Shown: one piece after another, positions 43,401-54,687 of the stretch
Layout: every line of letters begins with the position of its first letter
How positions within the stretch are numbered: position 1 is the stretch's first letter
Assembly: GCA_012295275.1 (NCBI GenBank)
Contig: CM022679.1
Coordinates: 20,088,001 to 20,152,000 of the forward strand
Length of the DNA stretch: 64,000 nt
Reading direction: 5' to 3'
Origin: Chrysomallon squamiferum
Lineage: Eukaryota; Animalia; Mollusca
The notes under the pieces: model-generated
What the model was told of the DNA's origin: nothing
Database searches by the model: none
The model's input: the letters and a program-made list of their open reading frames with translations, nothing else
Position numbers and translations under genes: made by a program

Positions 43401-45548
43401 AAAGTTATAAAAGCAGCAAAACCTTCACAAGACATCGTGAAAACAGATAGTACAGAAGTTGTTAGTCAGAATAGAAGAAAAAATCCTGATATAAAAACTG
43501 AGAAGAATCTGCAGATAAAACCAAAGACAGTAGTTTTGAAAAGTAAGAATCGAGTTGATGCCAGTGACGGAAGTCAGTCTGACAACATGCCTGGCAAACT
43601 TAAGGTAAAGAGAGTGAAGAAGAAAAGACTTAGGTCTGTAGCAGAAAATGCTGTAGTGGATGCTAAGTTTGATCAGATTGACACAGCCCCAGAATTTGAC
43701 TTGAGACAAAGACTGAAGAAAAGAACTTTGTCACAGAGTCAGGAAGGTTCAGATGATTCTTCACCATCCAAAAGAAAGAAAGCTGAAAATCTCTCTTCAG
43801 AACAGAGAGGATCTCAGATCCAAGTTTTGTCAAGGATGAAGCCCTTGCCCATAAAGTTGTCAGGATCACTAGATGATGATGATGACGATGATGATGATGA
43901 TGTTGTTATGCCTGAACTATCCAAATGGGAAAGAGATGATTATGATGAAGATGAAATAAAAAATTCACCAAAGACTGTGACTGACAAGAAGCCACTTCCA
44001 AGGTATGGTTCATCGTAGTGCTGTTAAATAACAGTCTGTGTAAAAGTCATATTTAAGTAGATTTGACCAAGCTTATGAAGCTTGCCAACACAATGCTGTA
44101 CAGTAACATAAAAGTCACTTTCAAGATATATTTTTTGTGTCAATATTCCATTACTATTCAGTAATGGGAAATGAATTAATGTGAATGATACATGCTTGTT
44201 TTTGAAGAGACTGAAAGAATAACTAAATCTGGATCATTAATAGTTTTTTTAATATTTACATTTATTATTTTATTTATTAACTAGCATCTTTTTAATGTGT
44301 GGATTTGTATATTTTTATTTTTGAAAATTTATTTATTTATATTTTAATAAAATACCTCATGAACTTCAAAATCTCTATTATTTTCTTTTTTTCAGATCTG
44401 TAATAGAGAGTGCTGAAAAGGTTTTATCTCAGAAACAAATGAAACCTTCATCAATTGCATCAGCTGTTGCACCAGTAAGATCGCGACCATTTCCAGCATC
44501 ACCAGAGAGACCTCACAGACGTGTTTATCTAGAAAACTTGAAAACTGCAGATAATGATGACAGAAGGGTGTCAAGTAAACAAAAATCTATAGAAGTGACA
44601 ATATCATCTGACAAGGTGGAAGGTAGAAGTAAACATGATGGTCAGACCAGAACAGTGTCAAAAGTCATTTCAGAAAAAGATGAAAATGAAAGAACAGCAA
44701 GGTACAGTGACAGTAAAAGAAGTTCCAGAAGTGATGAATCAAAAATCTCTGTTTCAAAACTTAAAGACGATTCTGAAAAAGACAGAATAAATGAATTTAG
44801 AGATTACAAGGAAGGAAAGGATAAAGCAAAAGTTGACAATCAAGAACAGGGCCAAGGACATTCATCTAAGAATGACAGATCTAGTCAAGAAAGAAATTCG
44901 ATAAGTGAAGTAATAATTGAAAAAAAAAGTCTACAGGATGAAAAAGAATGTTCAAGCAGCTCACATCGAAAGTATTCTGATTCAGAAGGTAGTTCCAAAA
45001 AGCAGAAATCTGCAATATCTTCAGAACAAGAAAGTACAAACAAATCTCAGAATTCTAACTGGTCTAGATCTGCTCAGGTCGGTGATAACTCAGAGGTACA
45101 AAAATTGTCTAGTCAAAGTGATAATTCTGTTTCCGCTACAAAACTACCTGCTAAATCTCAGAATGAAGATGGTGAGAAATCTCAACAACCTTTAGAGAGA
45201 AAGGAATCCATCATAGATGAGGCAACATTTGAGCCTGACTATGAGGAAAGTGCTGATTCAGAGTCTGATGGAGACGCAGCATTTCACAGTGCTACTGATG
45301 CAGGTCACCAAACACACACAACCAGCAGTGCAAGTCATAGTCCTAGTGCCAGCTCAGATGATGACACAAGTCCTTCGAAGAAACAGAGAACAGATGATGA
45401 GAAACACAAGAGCAAAAAGTCCAAACATAAGAAACACAAGCACAAAAACAAACACAAACATAAAGGTAAACACAAACACAAAAAGCATAAAAAAACGAAA
45501 ATAGGCAAACCAGAAGAAGAAGGGAAAACAAAATTGGACAAAAGTTGA
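22354..45548 (+). CDS. RBBP6: RBBP6/Mpe1/SNAMA E3 ubiquitin ligase and cleavage-polyadenylation factor, about 1699 aa, 18 coding exons
   Basis: Exons: 22354-22519, 23107-23206, 23981-24011, 34964-35008, 35276-35364, 35861-35963, 36414-36580, 36756-36931, 37284-37770, 38223-38283, 38657-38726, 38936-38993, 39265-39494, 39665-39872, 40479-40571, 40895-41455, 42701-44002, 44396-45548; total 5100 nt in frame. DWNN domain (MSCVHYKFKS...LIPRNSSVIVSRIP), DKIKAM, CCHC knuckle CYRCNQTGHYIHNC, KRSTGIPNSFL, GKKEKPPF, RING CPIC..PCCGNSFCDECIR..CPQC, PLTKQEFYREQ, RS domain, Lys/His-rich tail. Confidence 0.96.
24095..24105 (+). other. Candidate 11-nt frameshifting microexon of RBBP6 (TCATCCTTAAG)
   Basis: Preceded by a long pyrimidine tract ending ACCAAG and followed by a perfect AAG|GTAAGT donor. 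The upstream intron would be 83 nt. Confidence 0.55.
24169..24337 (+). terminator. Candidate intronic polyadenylation site in RBBP6 intron 3
   Basis: Six TGTA (CFIm) elements at 24169-24247, AATAAA at 24286-24291 and a downstream GT-rich tract at about 24325-24337. An in-frame TAA lies at 24039-24041 if exon 3 reads through its donor. Confidence 0.5.
28436..28464. repeat. (GT)n microsatellite
   Basis: Read directly from the sequence. Confidence 0.95.
31233..31641. mobile_element. MITE of about 409 bp with 19-bp terminal inverted repeats
   Basis: Left ACTGTTGACCCTGGATTTC (31233-31251) versus reverse complement of the right end ACTGTTGACCCTTGATTTC (31623-31641), 18/19 identical. No coding capacity. 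Confidence 0.8.
34243..34520 (+). mobile_element. Decayed RTE-like LINE reverse transcriptase C-terminal fragment
   Basis: Frameshifted pieces (EFLKYRRKILNERNDRKERMR, KSICKNRI, YRTLIKAIT, SLWN) follow the order of the RTE consensus FKYLGS..EI..RI..KIWKN..IYxTLIxxILLY..W. Recognised by eye only. Confidence 0.45.
40352..40402. repeat. Perfect 16-bp inverted repeat (hairpin) in RBBP6 intron 14
   Basis: ACTGGATCATTCACTA (40352-40367) and TAGTGAATGATCCAGT (40387-40402) with a 19-nt spacer. Confidence 0.9.
41681..41779. repeat. Diverged direct repeat of about 43 bp, period 56
   Basis: AGATTAGGCAGCTTATACTGATAATAAATCTGCTTTATAAATT versus AGATTAGGCAACTTATACTCAGAATAAAACTGCTGTATAAATT. Confidence 0.8.
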
Positions 45549-47701
45549 AAGTGTTTGATAAAAACTAATATCATTTGTTGAAAGTTAAACTTGAACTGAT
45601 TAAAAAACGTTTTGTTTTTCTTTTAAATACCTCTTTGTATGACAAAATCTGCAAGCAAATAATTGTGAAAAAGAATTGTAAGTTATTTTTAAAAATATGT
45701 ATATATTTTGTAAAAGTTAATGCAATCAAGTGCAAAAATATATTCAGTGACAAAGAATGAATGTTTCCAAAATATGAAAAAAATGTTATATTTAGTTTTT
45801 TTTAAATTTCTAGACTCTTAAGCATTTCATGTCTTTGCAAATGATATATTTTGTATAACAGTTAAAATAAAACAAATACTTTCAGTCTCGTAAATTTAAT
45901 TTCAATACTAAAGATAGGAATACATTTTTATTTAATTTAATAATTTATTTATTTATTTATTAACTTTATTTAGTTTTGAAAATTGTTAAATACACTTAAT
46001 GTTAGTTTGATTTAATAACTATCAAAAAATATACAATTTTGTTTTGATATCTGATTACTGTTTATATTTTGAGCAGTAAACATTAAATAAAGCATAAAAC
46101 TTTGTAAATTTTCATCATTTTTTGTCAGAAATTTATTATTTATTAGATTTTGGGGAAAGCGTTAAGCTGGAGATTTTTCTACTTTGGCTTATTCTTCCAT
46201 TTCTAATTTGAGGCTGACATAGTAAATAAACTTGATTCTTTCCATATTAAGTTTATTTGGATAACAGCAAAAATGCTTAGGCTTGTAATATAAATCAATT
46301 ATTTGAGAATTTGTGTACAGTGCTTAAGTGTGACCATTTTCTTTTATCCTCCTTTCTTTTGATGCAAGTGTTTTTGTTTCAAATTATTTGTCAGATGTAT
46401 GTGCAGGTATTAATTTGGTCTGATTAATCATGTTTAGGTTCCTCAGAACTGGTTTTACTTACTCAGTTTTGTATGTACTGTTGGGGATTTTGTATTATAA
46501 TTTATACTTCCAGTTTTTCTTTAATCGACCATTTGTTATTAGCCAAAAGCCTATGATTATTAGTTAAGATGGCTCCACTGTCTACTATGGGCATTATTTA
46601 GTATTAATACAGATTTCTTTAATTACATATTCTTTGAATGCATTATTACTTTTGTTTAATTTTGAAAAGTTTTCTAACTAATTTGTATGTATGTATTTGT
46701 GCAATTTATTAGGAATAACTAAATAATTTTCCTAAGTTGAGAGAATGAATTTAAATCATGTAGTTTCCATTTTAAAATGTTATTTGAAAATTTTGTGTTG
46801 TCATTGATGGGACCATATCTATTGCCAAATATTATGTATGCTTTAATTTTGATTTCAGACTGAAAAAAGTGCAACATAATCAAATGAAAGTAATAAAATG
46901 ATTTATTTTGAAAATGATGTGATATTTATTTTGATTTATAGTACCAAGCTAAAAAATTAATTACATTAATAAATTATGTTTTTATAATTTACAAAATGCA
47001 TGAACTGAAAGTTTTGACAGAATATATCTTTGCTGATACATGTGGTTACGGTGATTAATGCAATTTTACAGTATTAATTTTTAAAATAAACAGAATGTTT
47101 TTAAATTTATATGGATTAGGATTGAAATTTAATAATAAATATATTCTTATGTTATAATTATTGTGGTCTTAATGGCACCATAGTAACATTATAATGATAA
47201 CATAAATTTAATTTGTTTAATCTATCTATGTAATTTTATATATGTCAGTTTTCTTTTAAATTGAAGGTTTTATTATTTATTTTTGCCAGGTAAATAAGTA
47301 ACTGTTTCAAAAGAAATTATAGGTTAAAATTTATCTCATAAACTTTAATAACTTTAAAAAAAAAAAGATAACAGTCAACATTTTGGACTTTGTCTAGACT
47401 ATTTTAAATCACATTACCTTTTCATATTTGATGCATTTATTTATAAATTTGTTTTCAGTATTTAAATATTTCTGATGAAAGATAGCTTGGAGATAGCTCA
47501 ACTTGTTTTATAACAGATATAAATGTCTTTTTAATGTTTTTGGTTTGACAGACTGAATTTCATTGATTTCCACAATGCTTTAGTTTCAGCAATCAAACTG
47601 TTACAACAGCAGTATCATTTTAAATATATGTAGTTTATAAATGAAACTGAAAAGCAAAGCATATTTTTTGGTTTGTTTCTAGATTGTGAACATGTAAAGA
47701 C

Positions 47702-47840
47702 TGTAAATAAAATGTTATGTCAGAAAGTATGTGTTGTGTGCTGGGAGCACCATTTTGGTTCAGTTGTGTAAATAAAGATAATGAATTATAATTTTGTCTT
47801 TAGTTATTTTTCTATTTATGCATGTATGTGTCTGTGTTTA
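47702..47840 (+). terminator. Probable distal RBBP6 poly(A) site (3' UTR about 2.2 kb)
   Basis: TGTAAATAAA occurs twice (47702-47711, 47767-47776) and is followed by T/GT-rich downstream elements. Proximal AATAAA hexamers lie near 45867 and 46087. Confidence 0.55.
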
Positions 47841-48567
47841 ATTTTTAACTGTGTGATCAAATTGTTTATATCCTCACTATCTTTATTCTCTTAAAAGATG
47901 TTTACTTAACATTTGAATATAACTTATTTATTAATTTAACTGCTAGGCTTTGAACCTGGTAGTTTTCACCATTCTCCATTTTAGATCAGTGTGATAAAAT
48001 TAAAAATTGCAGTAAATGTGTAAAATATTTTATTTTCATCATTACAAAACAACAAAATGCCTAAAGAATTCGTGGTTAAAATAAATTGGCCCAAAAGACA
48101 TTAAACTGAAAATTATTTGAATGTACAGTGTGTGTGTGTGTATGTGTGTGAAATCACTATGAACAGCGACAAGATAGATGATTATCTTGCTATTTAAAAG
48201 GCAAAAGCAGCGAAACTGCCTACAATCCCAAACAATATTTTTTTTAAAATGAATTGAAATTAAATGTATTATTTCTCAGTTTGCCTCTCGTGAGTAGTAG
48301 ATTCACGTGTATAAAGATACAGCAAAACAAAATACTTCTTAAATAATAACTTTATTTTTAATTAAATACTAAAGAAGTAACTGAACAGTATGTCCATGTA
48401 AATAACATATATTTATTGAAATAAATACAGTTCCTTCCCAAAAAGCTATGTTGTGGGTCAGTGCCCAAAACTATAGTACCTTATCATGGCGTCAGATCTT
48501 GGCGAAATATATGTATTGCAGGAAGTTGATAATAAATTGTGCAGTGTTCGCTCTGCAGATGCATCAC

Positions 48568-48569
<2 letters not shown>

Positions 48570-48618
<49 letters not shown>
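48570..48618. repeat. (TAT)n microsatellite
   Basis: Read directly from the sequence. Confidence 0.95.
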
Positions 48619-48803
48619 GGGAGGAAATAATAAAGTAAATAATATTCTTTTCGGTACATTCAACAAATTTTACTATTAAGCTAAAATAATTTTGGTGACT
48701 GAATATGTGATAAAAACATCTAGAAGTTCATGCTAAAATGTACTTATTTCCTTTAGTATGTTTAATATCTTTTTAAAAAATTCTCCTTTGTTATGTTGGC
48801 CCG

Positions 48804-50033
48804 TTATTCGTCAATAAATTTTGGTGGTTCGTTCTGAAAAAGCAGATATCTAATGAGAGCTGCAGGTAAAGCTAAGTTCGTTATTTCTTTTAGAGCTACG
48901 TTCCGAAGAATTTCGGCACGACAGAGTGACCTCAGACATACTGATTTCGGTAAACTCGTCGCTAAGATGCAAGCAAATGGCCGTCGTCCCTTCTTCAAAT
49001 GCCATAAACAGAGTTTTGAATCGCACACTGAATATATCTGACTGAACATATCAGAACTGTTGAAAGGTAATCTTAAACTAGGTAGAATAATCGTCTTGTT
49101 ACTTATACCTTTCAAAGTAGTCGAATCGTAAAATAAAACTCGCGCAAAAACATTTTGATTATTATCGGTTCCCACACAATGCACTGACAGTAACTCTCCA
49201 CTTCTGCAGAAAGACAAACCGCAGTGATGAAGAATATAATATGATGAATCCTCGTCATCAGTTTGTGAATCAGAATCTTCAATGTCCACCGATTCTGAAA
49301 TGGTGAGTAATCGCTCACTAAGCCTGTGAATTTTTTGTATCAATACTTTCGATGTTGCCATATCGTAAACTAAAAATTTACATTTTGAGCAAAAATCATC
49401 AATAAATGCTGTGACAAGTCTTTCTTTGTATAGCGGATGAAAGGCAATCATGTGATGTCTTCTATCTCTCAAATTACTCGAATCTGTTCCAAGGATTTCA
49501 TTATCTGGATTGATAGGTGTGTCTGAATCATAAGTCCTAACTTGCAACAGTTTGGACCATTTCCTTGCAGTCATTACAGTTTGTGGAAGTCTCAAGAGAC
49601 ATATTCGTCGATTTGGACTTATCAAACACTCAAGCGGACTAACTATTGCCAGATCTTTATTAAAGAATTTCTGCGTGTCTTCAAATGTACTTATCTGTTT
49701 TTCCAGAAGATCAACAGCGAAAAAACGTAGATATCGTTTGTTGTTGGAAATATATTGAAATAACAGTAATCCATTTTGACAACCAATACAAACCGGTTGT
49801 CCGATAATTCTTTCTTCACAAAAATGATATGGCAGTGATAAATGGAAAATGGATGAGACGTTTGAAATGTAAGAAATATTGTTACCCGGAACAAATTCTG
49901 TTATAATCAAATATTTCATTTCACCGTCCACACTAGTTGTAAATATTTTGTTATTACAACATCTCGAGTGCACGCCATCAAATATATATGTAGACGAAGT
50001 TACTTTTGTCATAATGTCTTCAAGAATATGCAT
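48804..50033 (-). CDS. Intronless uncharacterised SOCS-box protein, 409 aa
   Basis: A 1230-nt single-exon ORF in AT-rich DNA. The C-terminal SLPKSVCLRSLCRAEILRNVALKEITNLALPAALIRYLLF has a BC-box (LxxLCR) and a Cullin-5-box-like segment. The N-terminal region is rich in short beta-strand patterns. Confidence 0.85.
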   Translation of the reverse strand: MHILEDIMTKVTSSTYIFDGVHSRCCNNKIFTTSVDGEMKYLIITEFVPGNNISYISNVSSIFHLSLPYHFCEERIIGQPVCIGCQNGLLLFQYISNNKRYLRFFAVDLLEKQISTFEDTQKFFNKDLAIVSPLECLISPNRRICLLRLPQTVMTARKWSKLLQVRTYDSDTPINPDNEILGTDSSNLRDRRHHMIAFHPLYKERLVTAFIDDFCSKCKFLVYDMATSKVLIQKIHRLSERLLTISESVDIEDSDSQTDDEDSSYYILHHCGLSFCRSGELLSVHCVGTDNNQNVFARVLFYDSTTLKGISNKTIILPSLRLPFNSSDMFSQIYSVCDSKLCLWHLKKGRRPFACILATSLPKSVCLRSLCRAEILRNVALKEITNLALPAALIRYLLFQNEPPKFIDE

Positions 50034-50403
50034 CGAAAGTCATTCAATGACAATTTTTTATATTTAGTTACGTACGTCTAATATCTTACATTGAACAACG
50101 TCATAATGTCACAAGATAAATACCTTGACCTTTATAAAATGCACACTACATACACTGACTACTTATTTACTGATAACATCTGTAATAAAACAAACAAACA
50201 AAAAATACTTTAGTCGACAGTTTTATCGAATTAAATGTTCATCCTAACCTGTTGCAAATTAAATAGAATGGTATGAGGTGACATCCTGGTATTTATATTA
50301 AACGGTGTTCGGCCAATTTTACTATCAGGATAATTTTACAAACTCTTGCCGGTATCGATATGTAATTTCTGAAAATATTGTCTTTACATTTATTTTTCCA
50401 AAA
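50034..50403. promoter_or_regulatory. Short divergent intergenic region (370 bp) between the SOCS-box gene and DHRS11-like A
   Basis: Head-to-head ATGs at 50033 and 50404. Contains TACCTTGACCTT (nuclear-receptor half-site) and TATAAAA at about 50121-50139. Confidence 0.5.
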
Positions 50404-52348
50404 ATGCAGCGTTGGGCTGGACGTGTTGCTTTAGTGACTGGATCATCTGCTGGTATAGGATGTGCAATTGCTAGAGTGTTGGTGAAATATGGACTAAAAG
50501 TTGTCGGATGTGCTGAAAACGACAAAGAGATAGAGCGAATAGAGGTCAGGGTTTTTCTCAAACTTCCAAATTTTATTACCAATTACAGTTCTGGTTTTTT
50601 GTTCTTGCATTTTTTTTTTATTATTATTTTTTTTTTTTTTTTTTTTTTTTTTAGTGCTTACTTATTTATTATTTCAAATTAAACCAATTTATATATAATG
50701 TTAAATTGTCTATACAATATGTTAAAATCAAATCAAATGGAAAAAAAAAAAAAAACTATAATAATGAATTCAATCTTTCAAAATAGGCCCAGTCTTTCCT
50801 AGGAAAATAGTGTTAAGAATTTAAAATCCATTTATTCCAATTGCATCTTGTACATGTTGTATGTTACCTCTTTTTCTAATTTTCTTTTTCACTGTCTCTA
50901 TAACTTCACTTATTTATTTCTTTTATTTAATTTTGACAACTTATTATAAAAAGTTACAAAAAATACAAATTGAAAATTTGCAATAAATGTCTATCATTCT
51001 CAGATTGGGCGTATCTGTGGCGGCAGGTATGGCAAATGTCCTGGGCGTCTTACTTGAAGGGGGCGCCACTCAGAGATTCTGAAAATAGGAAAGAATTTTC
51101 TTCAAACATACGATTTGTCTTTTTATGTGTTGAGAAGCACTAGGATGGCCAGATTGTTGTGTAAGAACTTGTGTAAATTATTATGTAAAAATATAGTGCT
51201 TGTAATCAATTAATTCTCGTTTTCTGCGGTGAGTCTAATCTGTTTGTTTTAAACAGCAAGATATTAAATTTTTCAGAATATTTCAAAGGAACTCATTGGA
51301 GAACGGGGGAGTCTGACTGCAGTGAAGTGTGACATGGGGAAAGAAGAGGAGATCCTGGAGATGTTTAGCATCATCAAATCCAACCCCAAACTTGGCGGAG
51401 TAGATATTTGCATAAATAACGCAGGATTAGCACACGAAGAACCGTTTTTGACTGGTCGTACCGACGCATGGAAGCATATGATCGATGTAGGTGATGAAAT
51501 AAAAATAAAAATTAGTCGAAAATTAAATGAAAATGTTTAAATCTAAATAACATTCTTAATGTATGTATTTATTAAAACAAAATGGTATTAGCATGTTTTG
51601 TCTTCTTTGTGTATATGATGTTCGTTTTTTGTTACTGTTTGGTATTTTTCGGAGAAGCAAATGCAAAAATAACAAAGAAAATGATAATAAAATGGCTGAT
51701 GTCGTACATTTATTTCCCAGGTTAATATTCTCGGATACTGTATATGTACTAGGGAGGCCTTTAAGTCAATGAAGGAACGTGGTGTAGACGATGGACACAT
51801 TATTCTAATAAACAGGTACAGGCTCCTGATGTGAACATACAAAGAGGATAAAAACATCAAATACATTTGACCAACAAACTCATTTATAAAAGTAAGTAAG
51901 TAAATAAATAAATAAATATATTAATATATATCTGATTTGGTTGGTAAAATATATTTTATGCTTTTATTCCACAAAAAAAAAAAAAAAATAAATAAATAAA
52001 TAAAAATAAAAATAAATAAAAATAAATAAATAATAATATAATATAAATCAAACTGTGCAATGAATTTGATTTTTCATTCTCTTTGTGTATAGCAACATTT
52101 TTTTAAATTATTTTTTATTATTAATTTCTTTCAATGGCCTTCTCAATTATTGAATGCTGATATGTTATTGTATAGTAATTTATAATATGCTATTTATGAA
52201 TTGAAAACAGGAAAGAAACTAGTACGTCTAACTTCAGTCTTGTAAGCTACATTTTATGCCTAAAGTACCGAAGTAAATAAATAAATAAATAAATAAACAA
52301 ATAACTGATTTTGTTGGTCAAATATATTTTATGCTTTTATTCCACCAG

Positions 52349-52388
<40 letters not shown>

Positions 52389-53200
52389 TACAAAAAACGA
52401 TAATAGTAATAATAATATATTTAGAGATGTCATGAATTGGCAAAGAAAATCTGGAAAGAATCTGAACAAAAACATTACTACAGCACCATCTTATTTTACT
52501 TTCTGTCATCCAACAACGCAATGGACATACACTATCCATAATTTAAACGTTATCATTATTTCTCTTAATAATATAATATAAATCAAACTGTACAATGAAT
52601 TTGATTTTTCATTCTAAATTATTTTTTATTATTAATTTCTTTTAATGGCCTTTTCAATTACTGAAAGCTGATATGTTATGTATATTAATTTATAATATGC
52701 TATTTACGAATCAAAAACAGGAAAGAAATTAGTACAGTCTTGTGAGCTACATTTTATGCCTAAAATACCGAATGTGCCTTCGGTGATTGATTAATGTTAT
52801 TAGTTTTGAATCTTTATTTGATAACCAAATTAAAAACAATCCAGTTTCAATATTGTAATTAGTTTGGCAGGACACCGGGTAACTTCTCCTACCAATCTTC
52901 ATTTTTATGGAATGACGAAATTTGCAGTGACTGCTATGTTGGAATCAGTTCGATTTGAACTCCGAGAAATAAACAGTCAGATCAGAATTTCGGTAATATA
53001 ATTACTTTTAACATTTTTCTTTTCTCTTAAATTTGCACGTGTATGTATGTATGTGTATATAAACACACAAATACTTTATTCTGTGAAGCTAGAAGACCGA
53101 ATTGCAGCGAGGATATGCCGAGCTGCTTTCAACAATCGACTTGAGCAAATTATATAATTTTATCGGTCAGTGTAGTTCCGTCCTGATGTACCACTATTTT

Positions 53201-53246
<46 letters not shown>

Positions 53247-53356
53247 ATAGAAGACGGCAAAAATAGGTTATTTTCGATTACAAAATAAAAATTAAAATGA
53301 GATAACTAGTTAAAAATTAACTTAATAGAAAGTTAATTCCATAATAATACTTACTG

Positions 53357-53434
<78 letters not shown>

Positions 53435-54158
53435 TTTTTAGTCCATTAGTCCAGGTATAGTGGAGACTGAATTTGCGTACAAAATGACGGGAGATCCACA
53501 AAGAGCCAGAACTACACATACACAGTACCCGGTTAGTCTAATAATTTGTACCATTCTTTCAATTCCATAAAGAATACATTACTTCATGTTTTGTTGTAAG
53601 GCATAAGTAATAGAGAGAGGGGGAAAGTGAAACAGTTTTCACGACGAAACTTATAATTTTTAATGCTATTTGAATACTTTTAACTTTATTTCCTTTTTAT
53701 AATTAAAATTATAATTTTTTTTTTACAAAATATACAGTGCTTGCAGCCAGACGATCTTGCTGAAAGTGTCATTTATATACTGAAGTCTCCTCCACACGTA
53801 CAGGTAAAATACTGAAAATATTTTATATTTTTATGATGAACATTTTTATTGTTTTTATTTTAAATTATTATTTTATTTCACTGAATTCAATAACACAGAG
53901 AGAAAAACTCGAATTGGAATACCGCAACCTTTTAATAGAGATTAGATTTGTCATGATGATAACTGTAAAACGTATCTAAATTCAGTCGAGATCATTCAGG
54001 ATGTAAACCGAGCAGCTGAGTGATACGGAAAGAAAAGATTAAGAAGCTGTTTGCATTAACTGCTAGCTGCTGATATATAAAAATTTAACTGAAGTTAAAT
54101 ATTATTTTTGTCGCAGGTTCATGACATATCAGTGAGACCAACAATGCAGCTTACATAA
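50404..54158 (+). CDS. DHRS11: DHRS11-like short-chain dehydrogenase/reductase, paralog A, 257 aa, 7 exons
   Basis: Exons 50404-50544, 51277-51486, 51721-51815, 52863-52992, 53442-53531, 53738-53803, 54117-54158 (774 nt). Motifs [40 protein letters not shown], catalytic [24 protein letters not shown]. Confidence 0.92.
51895..52772. repeat. Diverged local tandem duplication inside DHRS11-A intron 3 (about 51895-52272 and 52273-52772)
   Basis: Both units contain AAATATATTTTATGCTTTTATTCCAC, AATGAATTTGATTTTTCATTCT, AAAACAGGAAAGAAA and CTACATTTTATGCCTAAA. Confidence 0.85.
53087..53254. mobile_element. Possible short Helitron/Helentron-associated non-autonomous element with internal (CA)n
   Basis: CTAGAAGAC start, internal (CA)n and TATAGAAGA end. 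A related copy lies at about 61720-61872 in the duplicated segment. The family assignment is tentative. Confidence 0.3.
53365..53430. repeat. (AT)33 microsatellite abutting the exon 5 acceptor of DHRS11-A
   Basis: Read directly from the sequence. Confidence 0.95.
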
Positions 54159-54687
54159 ACACTGTTCCATACTCCTGCGTTCATAAGAAGAGCAAATTAA
54201 GAAGAAAGAAACACTTTTGGAGCATAACAAGATTTCTGAAATTTCGTCACCGTGGAATTCAAGTTGAATTAAATTTTATTTTCAAAAAAAATAAAAATAA
54301 AAAAAATAAAAAAAATATGTACTAAGTAGTGTTTCAGCTTGTAAGTCTTTTATCTTTTAAAAAGTAAATTAATTACCCATGCTTGTTATTCTATCAGATA
54401 TATATAGTTTTTAATTTGTTTTTATCCAGACATATGTGATATTTGCTATTCAGTAATAAAACAAAGAAAAAATAATTACAAAAAATAAGTAAATAAATTA
54501 AAAAATAAAAAAAATAAAAAAAATAAAAAAAAAATAAATAAATTATTAATAATAATAATAATAATAATAATAAAACATACATTATTAATTTGAATCTAGT
54601 TGGGGTTTTTTTTAGGGGAGTTTTGTGTTTAAAATATATATATATAAAAGTTATTTTCTCATCTGGATTTTATTTTGATGTTTACTT

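Noticed and set aside
41009-45574. Several minus-strand and alternative-frame ORFs over RBBP6 exons
   Set aside because: They are explained by the codon bias of the RS, Lys-rich and acidic regions of RBBP6.
50305-50403. Upstream GTG-initiated extension of DHRS11-A in the ORF track
   Set aside because: The ATG at 50404 aligns with the start of paralog B (MQRW versus MERW) and has a good AAAATG context.
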